From Candidatus Poribacteria bacterium (lineage in GTDB: Bacteria > Poribacteria > WGA-4E > UBA9662): DNA of 38,817 nt. Numbering within the stretch: position 1 is the first letter of the stretch; the number at the start of each line of letters is the position of its first letter. Location: positions 1 to 38,817 of the forward strand of contig JAYGDX010000130.1 of assembly GCA_046582655.1 (NCBI GenBank), read 5' to 3'. The notes beneath the pieces were generated by a model. That model did no database searches, was not told the DNA's origin, and saw nothing but the letters and a program-made list of their open reading frames with translations. This document shows positions 1-10,113 of this stretch, one piece after another. The position numbers were made by a program, and so were the translations under genes.

Positions 1-1
1 C

Positions 2-736
2 AAGGTACATCATATAGTGGATTCCAATGTGAATTATGGAATTATACCCGGTGAACTTATCATCAACGGAACTATTAATAACAGGTCCCAATTTGGTAAT
101 GAATCAACGCGTGTTTCAACTGACTTTAATAGTAGCTATCTCCCATATCTTAGAAACGCAGATTTCATTTGGTGTGTAATGGAACATAATATGAAAGAAT
201 TACCAAAATATGAAGTCAATCCATCTGGTTTCCTAAGATATGGGTTTCATCCGAGGCTCCAAGAGATAAAGCTTTTACCTGATGAGTATAAGGATAATGA
301 TGTTTATTTTTTTGGACTTTTGACTGAAGACCGTCGTAATGTTCTAAGAACTATCCAAGAAAAGGGTTTAAAAATTTTACTTCATGATTATGATAATCCC
401 ACGCTATCATTTGTACGTAATTCGTATATCGACCGCTCAAAGATTATTCTTAACCTTGCTCAAAGTACTGGTTTTCGTCATATGAGCGGTATCCGAATTA
501 TTTATTTAGCAACGAACCATTGCTATGGATTATGTGAATCTGTTGACATAGATGATGGAGATTATCTAAAGTTTAGCGATGTGGCAAATCCAAATGAGAT
601 AGCGGAAAGGTGCCTCGAAGTCATTGAGACTAAGGCATATTTAAATTTGGCCGAAAAATACCATGAAATGATAAAGAAGTTCCCAATGAAAAATTACTTG
701 GAAGAACTTCTGGATAAGACATTTGGTTCCGGATGA
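2..736 (+). CDS. 5'-truncated hypothetical protein resembling the C-terminal part of a GT-B/CgeB-like glycosyltransferase-associated protein
   Basis: The frame is open from position 2 to TGA at 734-736, so the true start is probably left of the window. Motifs DVYFFGLLTEDRR and RNSYIDRSKIILNL...RIIYL resemble GT-B C-terminal domains. Visibly more AT-rich than the rest. Confidence 0.5.
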   Translation, partial: KVHHIVDSNVNYGIIPGELIINGTINNRSQFGNESTRVSTDFNSSYLPYLRNADFIWCVMEHNMKELPKYEVNPSGFLRYGFHPRLQEIKLLPDEYKDNDVYFFGLLTEDRRNVLRTIQEKGLKILLHDYDNPTLSFVRNSYIDRSKIILNLAQSTGFRHMSGIRIIYLATNHCYGLCESVDIDDGDYLKFSDVANPNEIAERCLEVIETKAYLNLAEKYHEMIKKFPMKNYLEELLDKTFGSG

Positions 737-953
737 TTCCAGCTTCAGCTAATTAAATTTGCTCCATAACTTTCTAATGATTAGATGGTTTAGGGGGACA
801 TTTGTAAACTGCATGCTGCATAACGTCAAATATTTCTTGCGAATTACATATCTTTACCTACTAGAATGGGATTGCAGCGCTTATCAACTAAAGGATTTCT
901 TGAATTTTAAGGCTCTAATTTGCTGGTAGACCCTGTGGTGGAAGAATCCAGAA

Positions 954-2681
954 TCAGTGAGATTCCCGTGGAACTTCGGCACCGCGACAACCGACGAGGA
1001 AGTCAAGGTCTGCTCCCTGATCGGCTTGCATGACATGATCCACGTAAAGTTGCTGATACCCCCCTCTCCTAGTTTGTTTTGGAGGTTCCCAACTTTCACG
1101 GCGAAGCGCAAGCTCCTCATCAGAAACATCGAGATGCAAACGGCGAGCAGGGACATCCAACTCGATGAAATCGCCATTTTTCACCAAGGCTAGCGTTCCG
1201 CCTGCGGCAGCTTCTGGAGATACATGTAGTACGACCGTTCCATACGCTGTCCCGCTCATCCGGGCATCTGAGATCCGCAACATATCGGTTATTCCTTTCT
1301 TCAGGATTTTTGCCGGTAAGGGCATGTTTCCAACCTCCGCCATTCCCGGATACCCTTTAGGCCCACAGTTTTTCAACACCATGACACTTGTCTCGTCGAT
1401 TTCAAGATCTGGATCGTCTATTCTAGACTTGAGTTCTTCAATGTCCTCAAAAACGACAGCATGTCCCCTATGCTGCATCAGTTCAGGTGTTGCTGCAGAC
1501 GGTTTGATGACAGCTCCCCCTTCAGCCAGATTACCGCGAAGTACGGCGATCCCCCCCTTTTCCCAAACAGGGTTATCAGGTGTTCGGACCACTTCTCGAT
1601 TCCAGCAGTCGGCGTTCTCACAGTTTTCCCAAATTGTTTTTCCATTGACTGTCGGTGCATCCCGATTGATCAGCCCCAATCCCCCTAATTCCCGAATGAC
1701 AGCGGGAATACCACCAGCATAGTAGAAATCTTCCATCAGGAAACGCCCAGAAGGCATCAGATCAACAAGTGTAGGCACATCCTTGCCATACCTATCCCAG
1801 TCGTCCAAGGAAAAATCAACACCAATCCGGCCGGCCAGTGCGACGAGGTGAATCACAGCATTTGTTGATCCCCCGATGGCTCCGTTAACCCGAACAACAT
1901 TTTCAAAAGCTGAACGGGTTAATATTTTTGACATGCATAAATCTTCCTTAACCATTTCAACAATCCTTTGACCGGACATATGTGCCAGAACATAGCGTCT
2001 GGAATCGACGGCTGGAATAGCTGCATTCCCAGTCAGACTGATACCGATCGACTCAACCATACTGGCCATCGTTGAAGCGGTTCCCATGGTCATGCAGTGT
2101 CCGGCAGACCGACCCATACTTGCTTCAGCATCCATAAACTGATCAAGTGTCATCCTGCCACCACGAACATCATCAATAAAGGTCCAAACGTCTGTACCGG
2201 AACCAATGTCTTTTGCCTGGTATTTACCATTCAGCATAGGCCCACCAGACACGCCAATAGTGGGAAGGTCGCAACTCGCCGCGCCCATCAGCAAAGATGG
2301 AGTCGTCTTATCACACCCCATCAACAGCACAACTCCATCAATTGGATTTCCTCGGATCGCTTCTTCAACATCCATACTGGCAAGATTCCGAAACAGCATA
2401 GCCGTTGGACGAAGGTTCGTTTCTCCGCAGGAGAATACAGGGAATTCAAGAGGGAAACCACCCGCTTCATAGATCCCTCGCTTAACATGCTCAGCGATTT
2501 TACGAAAGTGCGCGTTGCAAGGTGTCAATTCAGACCAAGTGTTACAAATGCCGATGACTGGCCTTTCAAACAGGTGCGAAGGGAATCCTTGATTGCGCAT
2601 CCAGCTGCGGTGAATAAAGCCATCCCGATCATTCCCACCAAACCAGGCAGCAGACCGAAGGTCCTTCTTTGTGTCAGCCAT
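954..2681 (-). CDS. IlvD/Edd-family sugar-acid dehydratase (L-arabinonate dehydratase-like)
   Basis: LRSAAWF, NTWSELTPCNAH, GCDKTTP, GHCMTMGTASTM, GGSTNAVIH, SDARMSGT and the C-terminal ...PRESH His typical of pentonate dehydratases. Confidence 0.92.
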   Translation of the reverse strand: MADTKKDLRSAAWFGGNDRDGFIHRSWMRNQGFPSHLFERPVIGICNTWSELTPCNAHFRKIAEHVKRGIYEAGGFPLEFPVFSCGETNLRPTAMLFRNLASMDVEEAIRGNPIDGVVLLMGCDKTTPSLLMGAASCDLPTIGVSGGPMLNGKYQAKDIGSGTDVWTFIDDVRGGRMTLDQFMDAEASMGRSAGHCMTMGTASTMASMVESIGISLTGNAAIPAVDSRRYVLAHMSGQRIVEMVKEDLCMSKILTRSAFENVVRVNGAIGGSTNAVIHLVALAGRIGVDFSLDDWDRYGKDVPTLVDLMPSGRFLMEDFYYAGGIPAVIRELGGLGLINRDAPTVNGKTIWENCENADCWNREVVRTPDNPVWEKGGIAVLRGNLAEGGAVIKPSAATPELMQHRGHAVVFEDIEELKSRIDDPDLEIDETSVMVLKNCGPKGYPGMAEVGNMPLPAKILKKGITDMLRISDARMSGTAYGTVVLHVSPEAAAGGTLALVKNGDFIELDVPARRLHLDVSDEELALRRESWEPPKQTRRGGYQQLYVDHVMQADQGADLDFLVGCRGAEVPRESH

Positions 2682-2921
2682 TTAAATATACTCCTACTCA
2701 CAAGATCATTTAGAAACAATTCATCACCGCAATCTTTCGATAAGCTATGGTAAACCTAATACTTGACGATAATTAAATTGCGATTGAGGTTAACGGTGAA
2801 CCGTTTGTAACTGATGATTATATCACAGTTTTGATGAGGAGTTGTCAGCATATTTGGCTTGATTTAAAATCGATAGATTTGCTAACATTTAGTTGTATTG
2901 TGTTCTGAATAGAAGAGGAAG

Positions 2922-3800
2922 ATGAAAGTTACAGTCAGTACCGAAGAATTAGTCGATCATAAAATATCAGAAGATCACTTACAGCAAGCAGTAGATTCGA
3001 TTCACAACGATGGCTATGTTGTGCTTGAAAACGTTGTTCCTCACCATAAACTGGATATACTCCGTCAAAAGATGCTGGAAGATCTCCAGACACTGGTATC
3101 AGCTAAAGAAAAAGTTATGCCAATTAACTTTGTTAAAGGGCATATTCAACAAGACGCACCACCTCATGCACCCTATACTTTTCGCGAACTGGTAGCCAAT
3201 CCCTTTATAATACAGGTAACCCACAAGGTGTTAGGTGACGGCGTTTACAATAGCTATTTCAGCGGAAATACCAACCTGCCTAGAAGTGACACTCAGCCAG
3301 TTCATGTCGATACCGGACATCTATGGCAAAATCTTCAGGTTGCACACCCAGTATTTTCTTTGGTTGTAAACGTTGCTCCGCTTGAGGTCAATGAAGAAAA
3401 CGGCAGTATCGAATTATGGCCCAGTTCTCACTCTGACATTAGTGTGTCACGATACGACGATATCAAGGTAGATCCGAAGCGTGTGAAGGCCCGTCGGGAA
3501 TTTGCGCCGCCAGTGCGAGGTAACACCAAGAAAGGGGCGGCATTAATTCGCGATATTCGACTCTGGCATCGTGGAATGCCGAATTACTCAGACACCCCTC
3601 GGCAAATGGTAGCTATGATTCATAATGTCAGTTGGTATCGAACTGGTAAGAAATTACAGTTCGAGAGAGGTTGCGAATCTGCCTTTGACAGCGAGCATCT
3701 TGACCCGAATGTGGAGTTTATTGATGAACCAATCGACTACATCTTCCGAAATCAGCCGTACGACTACAATGAGGAGAGCAATCAAGTCTATGACGAATAA
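2922..3800 (+). CDS. PhyH-family Fe(II)/2-oxoglutarate dioxygenase, KanJ-like
   Basis: HxD (QPVHVD), ENGSIELWPSSH, RDIRLWHRGMPN...R; GAGG RBS upstream; NFVKGHIQQD and SGNTNLP segments resemble KanJ as recalled. Confidence 0.88.
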   Translation: MKVTVSTEELVDHKISEDHLQQAVDSIHNDGYVVLENVVPHHKLDILRQKMLEDLQTLVSAKEKVMPINFVKGHIQQDAPPHAPYTFRELVANPFIIQVTHKVLGDGVYNSYFSGNTNLPRSDTQPVHVDTGHLWQNLQVAHPVFSLVVNVAPLEVNEENGSIELWPSSHSDISVSRYDDIKVDPKRVKARREFAPPVRGNTKKGAALIRDIRLWHRGMPNYSDTPRQMVAMIHNVSWYRTGKKLQFERGCESAFDSEHLDPNVEFIDEPIDYIFRNQPYDYNEESNQVYDE

Positions 3801-4947
3801 GCTTAAAGTTGGTATAGTCGGTGCACCACGTGGACAATCATTTGCTCGTTCATTTCAGGCAATTGAAGAAACTGATGTTACAGCCATTTGCGATCTGAAT
3901 ATCGATACCGCCGAGGGAGTTGCAAACCAATTCAACATCGACCAGAAGTACACCGATTTCGAAAAGATGATACAATCTGATCTAGATATTGTAGTGGTGT
4001 CAACACCAATGCCTTCGCACGCTCCGCAATCAACTATTGCCTTGCAGGAAGGGAAACACGTCATTTCAGAGGTGCCAGCGGCAACGGATCTGCAACAATG
4101 CTGGGAACTTGCACAATCCGTTGAGAATAGCAGAAATAAATATATGATGGCCGAAAATTACGTCTATACCAAACCAAACATACTGATCCGTGAATTAGCA
4201 AAACAGGGATTATTTGGTGATATTTATTTCGGTGAAGGTCAATATATTCATGAACTCAAGAAATTTAATGAGGTCACCAAATGGCGACGCAAATGGCAGA
4301 CTGGTCGGAATGGATGCACCTATCCGACTCACAGCTTAGGACCAGTCTTACAATGGTTTGAAGATCGTGTGCAGACTATGTCCTGTTTCGGATCGGGACA
4401 TCATTATAAAGACCCAAGTGGTAACCAGTACGAAAATGAGGATACAATTTCGATGATTTGCAAAACAACCCGTGGTGGGCTGATCGAAATTCGGGTTGAT
4501 ATGCTATCAGATCGACCACATAATCTCAATTATTATAGTTTACAGGGCACAAAAGGGTGCTACGAAGCGGCACGTGGACTTGGAGATCGACCCAAAATCT
4601 GGCTGGAGGATCACGCCGATCAAACTGTCTGGCAACCTCTATCGGCTTTCGAAGAACAGTACATGCCGGAAATCTGGAGGAATCCACCTATGGAAGCCTT
4701 ACAAGCCGGACATGGTGGCGGCGATTATTTTGAAGTCCGAGAATTTGTCGATTCAATTATCAACGACACCAAATCACCAATCGATATTTACGAATCTCTG
4801 GACATGACCGTTCCAGGCTTGATTTCCGAAGTATCCATTAATCGAGATAGTATTCCAGTCGAAGTACCAGACTTCCGATCAATCAAGAGGTTTCCTAAAG
4901 ATCTACCGAGCATTTTGCAAAATAGCGAAGTTATTTCATGGAACTAA
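3790..4947 (+). CDS. Gfo/Idh/MocA-family NAD-dependent oxidoreductase (GH109-like motifs)
   Basis: Start reassigned to ATG 3790 (GAGGAG at 3771-3776, overlaps the upstream stop). Rossmann KVGIVG, SEVPAA, YMMAENY, YPTHSLGP, GHGGGD. Confidence 0.88.
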   Translation: MTNKLKVGIVGAPRGQSFARSFQAIEETDVTAICDLNIDTAEGVANQFNIDQKYTDFEKMIQSDLDIVVVSTPMPSHAPQSTIALQEGKHVISEVPAATDLQQCWELAQSVENSRNKYMMAENYVYTKPNILIRELAKQGLFGDIYFGEGQYIHELKKFNEVTKWRRKWQTGRNGCTYPTHSLGPVLQWFEDRVQTMSCFGSGHHYKDPSGNQYENEDTISMICKTTRGGLIEIRVDMLSDRPHNLNYYSLQGTKGCYEAARGLGDRPKIWLEDHADQTVWQPLSAFEEQYMPEIWRNPPMEALQAGHGGGDYFEVREFVDSIINDTKSPIDIYESLDMTVPGLISEVSINRDSIPVEVPDFRSIKRFPKDLPSILQNSEVISWN

Positions 4948-4969
4948 TAATAATTACCTCAGGACAACA

Positions 4970-5842
4970 ATGAATAAATTGAAGTTAGGAATCCCAAAAG
5001 GATCAATGCAGGATTCAACCATAAACCTATTCAAAAAATCAGGTTACACAATTACCTCCAATAGCCGTTCATACTACCCACAGATGGATGATGACCAGAT
5101 TGATGTAATGTTGCTTCGACCACAGGAGATGGCACTCTATGTAGAACAAGGTGTGATTGATGTTGGTTTAGCCGGACGAGACTGGGTGGTTGAATGTGGG
5201 ACCGATGTTAAAGAGATTGCTGAACTAGTTTATAGCAAAGCAACCAACCAATCGGCACGTTGGGTTCTAGCTGTGGCGAAGGATTCGGAGATTACATCAG
5301 TCAAAGACCTTGAAGGGAAAGTCATCTTCACCGAGCTAATTGACACTACCAAACAATATTTGGAGAAGAACAGCGTTAACGCGATTGTCAAGTTTTCGCA
5401 TGGTGCGACGGAAGTTAAAATCCCTCACCTTTGCGAGGCCATTGTCGAAATCACGGAAACTGGTAGCTCACTTCGTGCCAACGGTTTAAAGATTATTGAT
5501 ACCGTCATGGAATCGGTGACCATCATAATTGTCAACCAAGAAGCTTGGCAGAATCAATGGAAACGAACAAAAATTGAGAATTTGCGTATGCTGCTTAACG
5601 GCGCATTAAAAGCCGAGAGTAAAGTTGGGCTGAAGATGAATGTCGCCGAAGAGAATCTGAAACCGATTTTGGACATCTTACCGGCAATGCGAAACCCAAC
5701 CATTTCGTCACTTAGTCAAGATGGATGGTACGCCATCGAGACAATCATTGACCAACACGTTGTCCGTGAACTGATCCCCCAACTTCGACGAGTTGGAGCT
5801 GAAGACATTATCGAATATCCACTTAATAAAGTTATTCCGTAA
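4970..5842 (+). CDS. hisG: ATP phosphoribosyltransferase (long form)
   Basis: LGIPKGS, RPQEM, DVGLAGRDW, SHGATE, EITETGSSLRANGL, C-terminal regulatory domain (LPAMRNPTIS). Confidence 0.96.
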   Translation: MNKLKLGIPKGSMQDSTINLFKKSGYTITSNSRSYYPQMDDDQIDVMLLRPQEMALYVEQGVIDVGLAGRDWVVECGTDVKEIAELVYSKATNQSARWVLAVAKDSEITSVKDLEGKVIFTELIDTTKQYLEKNSVNAIVKFSHGATEVKIPHLCEAIVEITETGSSLRANGLKIIDTVMESVTIIIVNQEAWQNQWKRTKIENLRMLLNGALKAESKVGLKMNVAEENLKPILDILPAMRNPTISSLSQDGWYAIETIIDQHVVRELIPQLRRVGAEDIIEYPLNKVIP

Positions 5843-5852
5843 ACCAACCCAG

Positions 5853-6839
5853 ATGCTAAAAAAGATACTGGTATTATTTTTGCTTTTCCTTGTTAACAGG
5901 GTTATTTATGCAGCAGACCGATACGCAGGCGATTTTTTGTCTCTTGGTGTTGGTGCCAGACCGTTAGGTATGGGAGGAAGTTTTTCTGCCATCGCAGACG
6001 ATTCAACAGCGGCATATTGGAATCCTGCTGGGCTTGGTAATTTGCACAAATCAGAAGTCACCTTTATGCGCTCAAGTATTAATGATCTTGATAGCTATAA
6101 CTTTGTCAACTATATCCATCCGGTTGGCGAGGACAGCGCTTTAGGTGTGAGTTGGATGCGAGTTGGGATTGATGACATTCCAGTCACTGCGGTCAAATAT
6201 CCAACACAACCAGTTGGGCCGGGTAATCGACCGGAGATAAAGAAAAATTTTAGCCTTACTGATAATGCGTTCATGCTCTCGTTTGGAAAGAGGTATAATA
6301 GCCTCTTTGTCGGCGTTAATGCCAAGCTAATTTATATCTCCGGATATCAAAAATATAATGCACTTGGAGTCGGCGGAGATCTAGGATTCTTATGGACAAG
6401 TTCCGATCGTCGATCAGGTCGCTTTTCGGCAGCTCTGGTTGTACAGGATTTTTTCCGCACAAAACTCTACTGGAATACGCCACCGGAAACAGTCAATCAA
6501 GCTGCCCATACCGATACAATCATGCAAAATTTTCGGTTGGGTTTTGCCTATAGACAGAAAATCGAATCTTTCAGAAGCCATTTGATCCTCTCTGTAGATG
6601 TCGACAGCCTTTATGATTTTGAATTCCACTACGGGACAGAATACGTTTTTTCAGATCTGCTCTCAATCCGTTTCGGCATCCAGGAACGAAAGGGGTTTGA
6701 AACCATCCACAACATCACAGCAGGAGTTGGGTTGAGACTCGGTTTTGTAACCGGTGCCGCTTTTTCAATCGATTACGCTTTCCTTGGAAACAACGATCTA
6801 GGTAATAGCAACCAGCTTTCGCTAATCCTTCGCTTTTGA
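5853..6839 (+). CDS. PorV/PorQ (UPF0164)-like outer-membrane beta-barrel protein
   Basis: Signal peptide from ATG 5853; FLSLGVGARPLGMGGSFSAIADDSTAAYWNPAGL signature; C-terminal IDYAF...LRF. Confidence 0.82.
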   Translation: MLKKILVLFLLFLVNRVIYAADRYAGDFLSLGVGARPLGMGGSFSAIADDSTAAYWNPAGLGNLHKSEVTFMRSSINDLDSYNFVNYIHPVGEDSALGVSWMRVGIDDIPVTAVKYPTQPVGPGNRPEIKKNFSLTDNAFMLSFGKRYNSLFVGVNAKLIYISGYQKYNALGVGGDLGFLWTSSDRRSGRFSAALVVQDFFRTKLYWNTPPETVNQAAHTDTIMQNFRLGFAYRQKIESFRSHLILSVDVDSLYDFEFHYGTEYVFSDLLSIRFGIQERKGFETIHNITAGVGLRLGFVTGAAFSIDYAFLGNNDLGNSNQLSLILRF

Positions 6840-6929
6840 CTAATTCCATTTACCTTCATTTCTCACCTTTCAATTTTGAACCAGACACGAACAAAAAATC
6901 AATCTATCATCATGTCATGTTTAGAATTG

Positions 6930-6938
6930 TGATATAAT
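6930..6938 (+). promoter_or_regulatory. Extended -10 element (TGnTATAAT)
   Basis: TG-A-TATAAT about 50 bp upstream of the 6988 start; AGGAG RBS downstream. Confidence 0.45.
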
Positions 6939-6987
6939 TCGCCTATCATCTATTAGCTTGTAATCCCCCTACTCAACAGGAGTAAAG

Positions 6988-9900
6988 ATGACCAAAATGA
7001 ATAATTGGCCAACACATCAGGGCAACAACCAGCGGAATGGTATAACAACCCAACGTTTGTCACTTCCCATGAACGAACGCTGGACTTACATCTCAACACA
7101 TGCTCCACGACCCGCATGGCCACCGCCAGCCCGAAAGGATCCATGGCATCGACACCCTAAGCTCAATCCACGCGTGGTTTTTGATCGGGCTTATCACGTT
7201 GTGTCAGATGGGAAGTCGGCTTTCTTTGCCTCCTCAGCAGACGAAAAGATTTATTGCCTGGATGCTGAGAATGGTCAGGAAAAATGGTCATTTTTTACCG
7301 AAGGCCCTGTTCGCCTAGCCCCAACTATCCATGACGACAAAGTTTACGTTGGATCCGATGACGGCGTGGTTTACTGCCTTAAGTCTGAAAATGGGGATCC
7401 CGTGTGGAAGTATCGAAGTCTGATCGAAGATCGAAGAATCCCAGGAAACCAAAGAATCATTTCAAACACCCCTGTACGAACAGGTGTTCTGATTGAAAAT
7501 GGTATCGCTTATTTTTGTACCGGGCTTTTCCCGAATGAGGGTGTTAAGATGGTTGCCCTGAATTCTGATGACGGAACCGAAGTGTGGGTTAGATCACACA
7601 AGGAGCTATCGCCTCAAGGGTATATGCTGGCTTCTGACACCCGACTCTATGTACCAACCGGTCGGACAAGTCCAATTGCGTTCGACATCGCCAACGGCGA
7701 TCAACTGGAAAGTTATAGTGGTCCAGGCGGCACATACACACTACTAACGGATGATGAAGTTCTGGTTCATGGCACTGGAAATCGAGGTGAGTTCAAGGGA
7801 CATCCGAAAAACGGAGATCAATTCGCCGTCTTCGGCGGTCTGCAGATGATTGTTACTGCTGACACGACCTATCTCCTGTCAGCGGAAAGTATTTCAGCAA
7901 TCGACAGCTGTACTTACCATCAAATCGCTGAAGAGTGGAACACAGTTGCAACACAGCATCTAGAGAAGGAAAACCAACTTTGGGATTTGCAGGAGAAACT
8001 TGAGTTGTTCTCAGCCCGTCAACAAGAACCGGGAACCCTCGAGAAACTTGAGGAGACAATAGGAAAAACTGCTCAGGAACTTGAGGATATTGCAATCAAT
8101 CTGCGTAATATTGAAAAAGACCGCTTCAAATGGCAATCACCACGCAAGCGATCGTATGCAATGATTCTCGCTAATGATTTGGTCATCATTGGTGGTAACA
8201 ATCTTGTCGATGTATATCAGGCCAACAATGGAGAATTGGTCTGGACCGAATCGGTTGAGGGAAAAGCATACGGTCTAGCGGTAACCAACGAGCAACTGAT
8301 TGTCAGTACTGATCAGGGAACCATCACCAGCTTTGGTCAACCCAAAGATAATAAGCAATCAATTGTTGCTGACGAACGAAATCCTTTTATAGAGGAGTCA
8401 CAAGAAAGTGAAAGTAGCCTTGCAAAATGGATTCTTCAGCAATCAAATCAAAAAAAAGGTTATTGCCTCCTTTTGGGTGCGGAAGATGGTCGTTTGGCGT
8501 ATGAACTTGCCAAACAATCAGAGTACCATATCATTTGCGTTGAGTCGGACGAAACAAAAATTCGACAGGCCCGTCAATGGCTCGATCGTGCGGGGATATA
8601 TGGTATTCGCATATCAGTTCACCACATTGATGATGCCAAGTTACCCTACACGAATTACTTAGCCAACTTAATTGTCATTAATGAAACTGCACAAAACCAA
8701 TTCTCAGATCGAGAGGTCTTTCGGGTTCTCAGGCCATACGGCGGTGTCATGATTACCCTCAATCAACAAAGCGAGGACAAGATCTTGCGTCGTGGCGCGA
8801 TTGAAGGCGATGGCGATTGGACACACCTTTATGCCGATGCCAGTAATACAGGTTGCAGTAACGATCAACTCAAAAATCCAACAAAATTACAGTGGTTCGG
8901 CAAACCCGGCCCCCGTAAGATCGTTAACCGGCATAGTCGTCCAATGTCCCCACTTGTAAAGAACGGAAGGGTATTTGTACCTGCAGACAATCGGGTTATC
9001 GCAGCAGATGCCTATAATGGTACTGTTCTATGGGAATTAGAAGTTCCAAATTCACGACGGATTGGTGCATTAAAAGATAGCGGCCAAATGGTATTAAGTG
9101 ATGAATTCTTATATATCGCTTCCAGAGATCAATGCCAAGTCATCGAAGTTGAGACCGGTAACATTTCTCTGGATATGAGTACACCACAATTGGTTGAAGG
9201 TGAAACGCGTGAATGGGGATATATCTCAGTCGTCGAAGATCAAATATTCGGTAGTGGTAAAAAGTTAGGTGCGTCATTCTACAAGATCGGTCGCTTCAAC
9301 TGTGACCAACTTGAAGGTGATTATCGTGAAATGGTTACAAGCGATTATCTGTTTTCAAAAGATCGACATACCGGAAAAGATCTATGGACATACAAAAATG
9401 ATAGTGTGATCTTCCATAACACGATTGCCGTGGGCAATGAACGATTTTATCTGGTAGAAAGTCAGAACCCGCAGGCACTAGCTAACACTGATGGCCGAAT
9501 GCGAATTGATCTTTTTTGTAGACAGGACACCTACCTAGTCGCGCTAGATAAACAGACGGGAACTCAAATCTGGAGAGAGCCGTTTAAGTTCCCATTCGAG
9601 CATATCATGTTTCTGTCTTACGCCCAAGGAACTGTTTTGGCCACAGGGACCTACAACATCGAGGATAAGGTTTTATACCATCTCTACGCCTTTGATACCG
9701 ATACCGGCAAGAAAAAGTGGGAAAGCAGCTACGATGGTGGTGGAACCGGTGGCACACACGGTGAGCAGTGGCAACACCCGGTAATCAACGGAAATCGGAT
9801 CTACCTCCGCCCATACGACTTTGATCTGCAGACAGGTCAGAAGGGAACATATGTCTTACATCGCGGTGGGCATGGCTGTGGAGGGCTTTCTGGATCGGCG

Positions 9901-10113
9901 AATTACTTATATGGTCGAGGCGGTAACCCGCGGCTCTACGAGTTGGGAGATGGAGAAACGTCAGGTTTACCAATGAGTAAAGTGAATCGGCCTGGTTGTT
10001 GGATCAATATGATTCCAGCCAACGGGATGGTAATTATTCCGGAATCGAGTTCCGGCTGCACGTGCGCCTATCCACTTCAGACTTCGTTATGCTACATACC
10101 TAACACCGATTAA
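6988..10113 (+). CDS. PQQ/BamB-like beta-propeller repeat protein with a central class I methyltransferase-like domain
   Basis: Repeated 'CLDAENGQEKWSF'-type blades; central GYCLLLGAEDGRLAYELA...LPYTNYLANLI...VLRPYGG; second propeller with RPGCWINMIPANG and SGCTCAYP. Confidence 0.85.
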   Translation: MTKMNNWPTHQGNNQRNGITTQRLSLPMNERWTYISTHAPRPAWPPPARKDPWHRHPKLNPRVVFDRAYHVVSDGKSAFFASSADEKIYCLDAENGQEKWSFFTEGPVRLAPTIHDDKVYVGSDDGVVYCLKSENGDPVWKYRSLIEDRRIPGNQRIISNTPVRTGVLIENGIAYFCTGLFPNEGVKMVALNSDDGTEVWVRSHKELSPQGYMLASDTRLYVPTGRTSPIAFDIANGDQLESYSGPGGTYTLLTDDEVLVHGTGNRGEFKGHPKNGDQFAVFGGLQMIVTADTTYLLSAESISAIDSCTYHQIAEEWNTVATQHLEKENQLWDLQEKLELFSARQQEPGTLEKLEETIGKTAQELEDIAINLRNIEKDRFKWQSPRKRSYAMILANDLVIIGGNNLVDVYQANNGELVWTESVEGKAYGLAVTNEQLIVSTDQGTITSFGQPKDNKQSIVADERNPFIEESQESESSLAKWILQQSNQKKGYCLLLGAEDGRLAYELAKQSEYHIICVESDETKIRQARQWLDRAGIYGIRISVHHIDDAKLPYTNYLANLIVINETAQNQFSDREVFRVLRPYGGVMITLNQQSEDKILRRGAIEGDGDWTHLYADASNTGCSNDQLKNPTKLQWFGKPGPRKIVNRHSRPMSPLVKNGRVFVPADNRVIAADAYNGTVLWELEVPNSRRIGALKDSGQMVLSDEFLYIASRDQCQVIEVETGNISLDMSTPQLVEGETREWGYISVVEDQIFGSGKKLGASFYKIGRFNCDQLEGDYREMVTSDYLFSKDRHTGKDLWTYKNDSVIFHNTIAVGNERFYLVESQNPQALANTDGRMRIDLFCRQDTYLVALDKQTGTQIWREPFKFPFEHIMFLSYAQGTVLATGTYNIEDKVLYHLYAFDTDTGKKKWESSYDGGGTGGTHGEQWQHPVINGNRIYLRPYDFDLQTGQKGTYVLHRGGHGCGGLSGSANYLYGRGGNPRLYELGDGETSGLPMSKVNRPGCWINMIPANGMVIIPESSSGCTCAYPLQTSLCYIPNTD

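Noticed and set aside
745..753. TCAGCTAAT half-site matching the 13493 palindrome
   Set aside because: Only a half-site, located between convergent genes; compatible with chance
884..2753. Antisense and alternate-frame ORFs over the dehydratase, and similar shadows over selD, ggt and the HMA genes
   Set aside because: They lie almost wholly within well-supported genes and have no recognisable motifs
3625..3789. N-terminal extensions in the ORF track (also 5793, 11845, 13582, 34699)
   Set aside because: The 3625, 5793 and 11845 extensions overlap upstream genes; in all five cases a downstream ATG has an RBS and/or begins a signal peptide or the first domain
4970..5842. hisG (and ggt at 34810) as members of the selenoneine locus
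   Set aside because: Both are separated from it by unrelated genes and are common housekeeping functions; the Sen route does not need a gamma-glutamyl step
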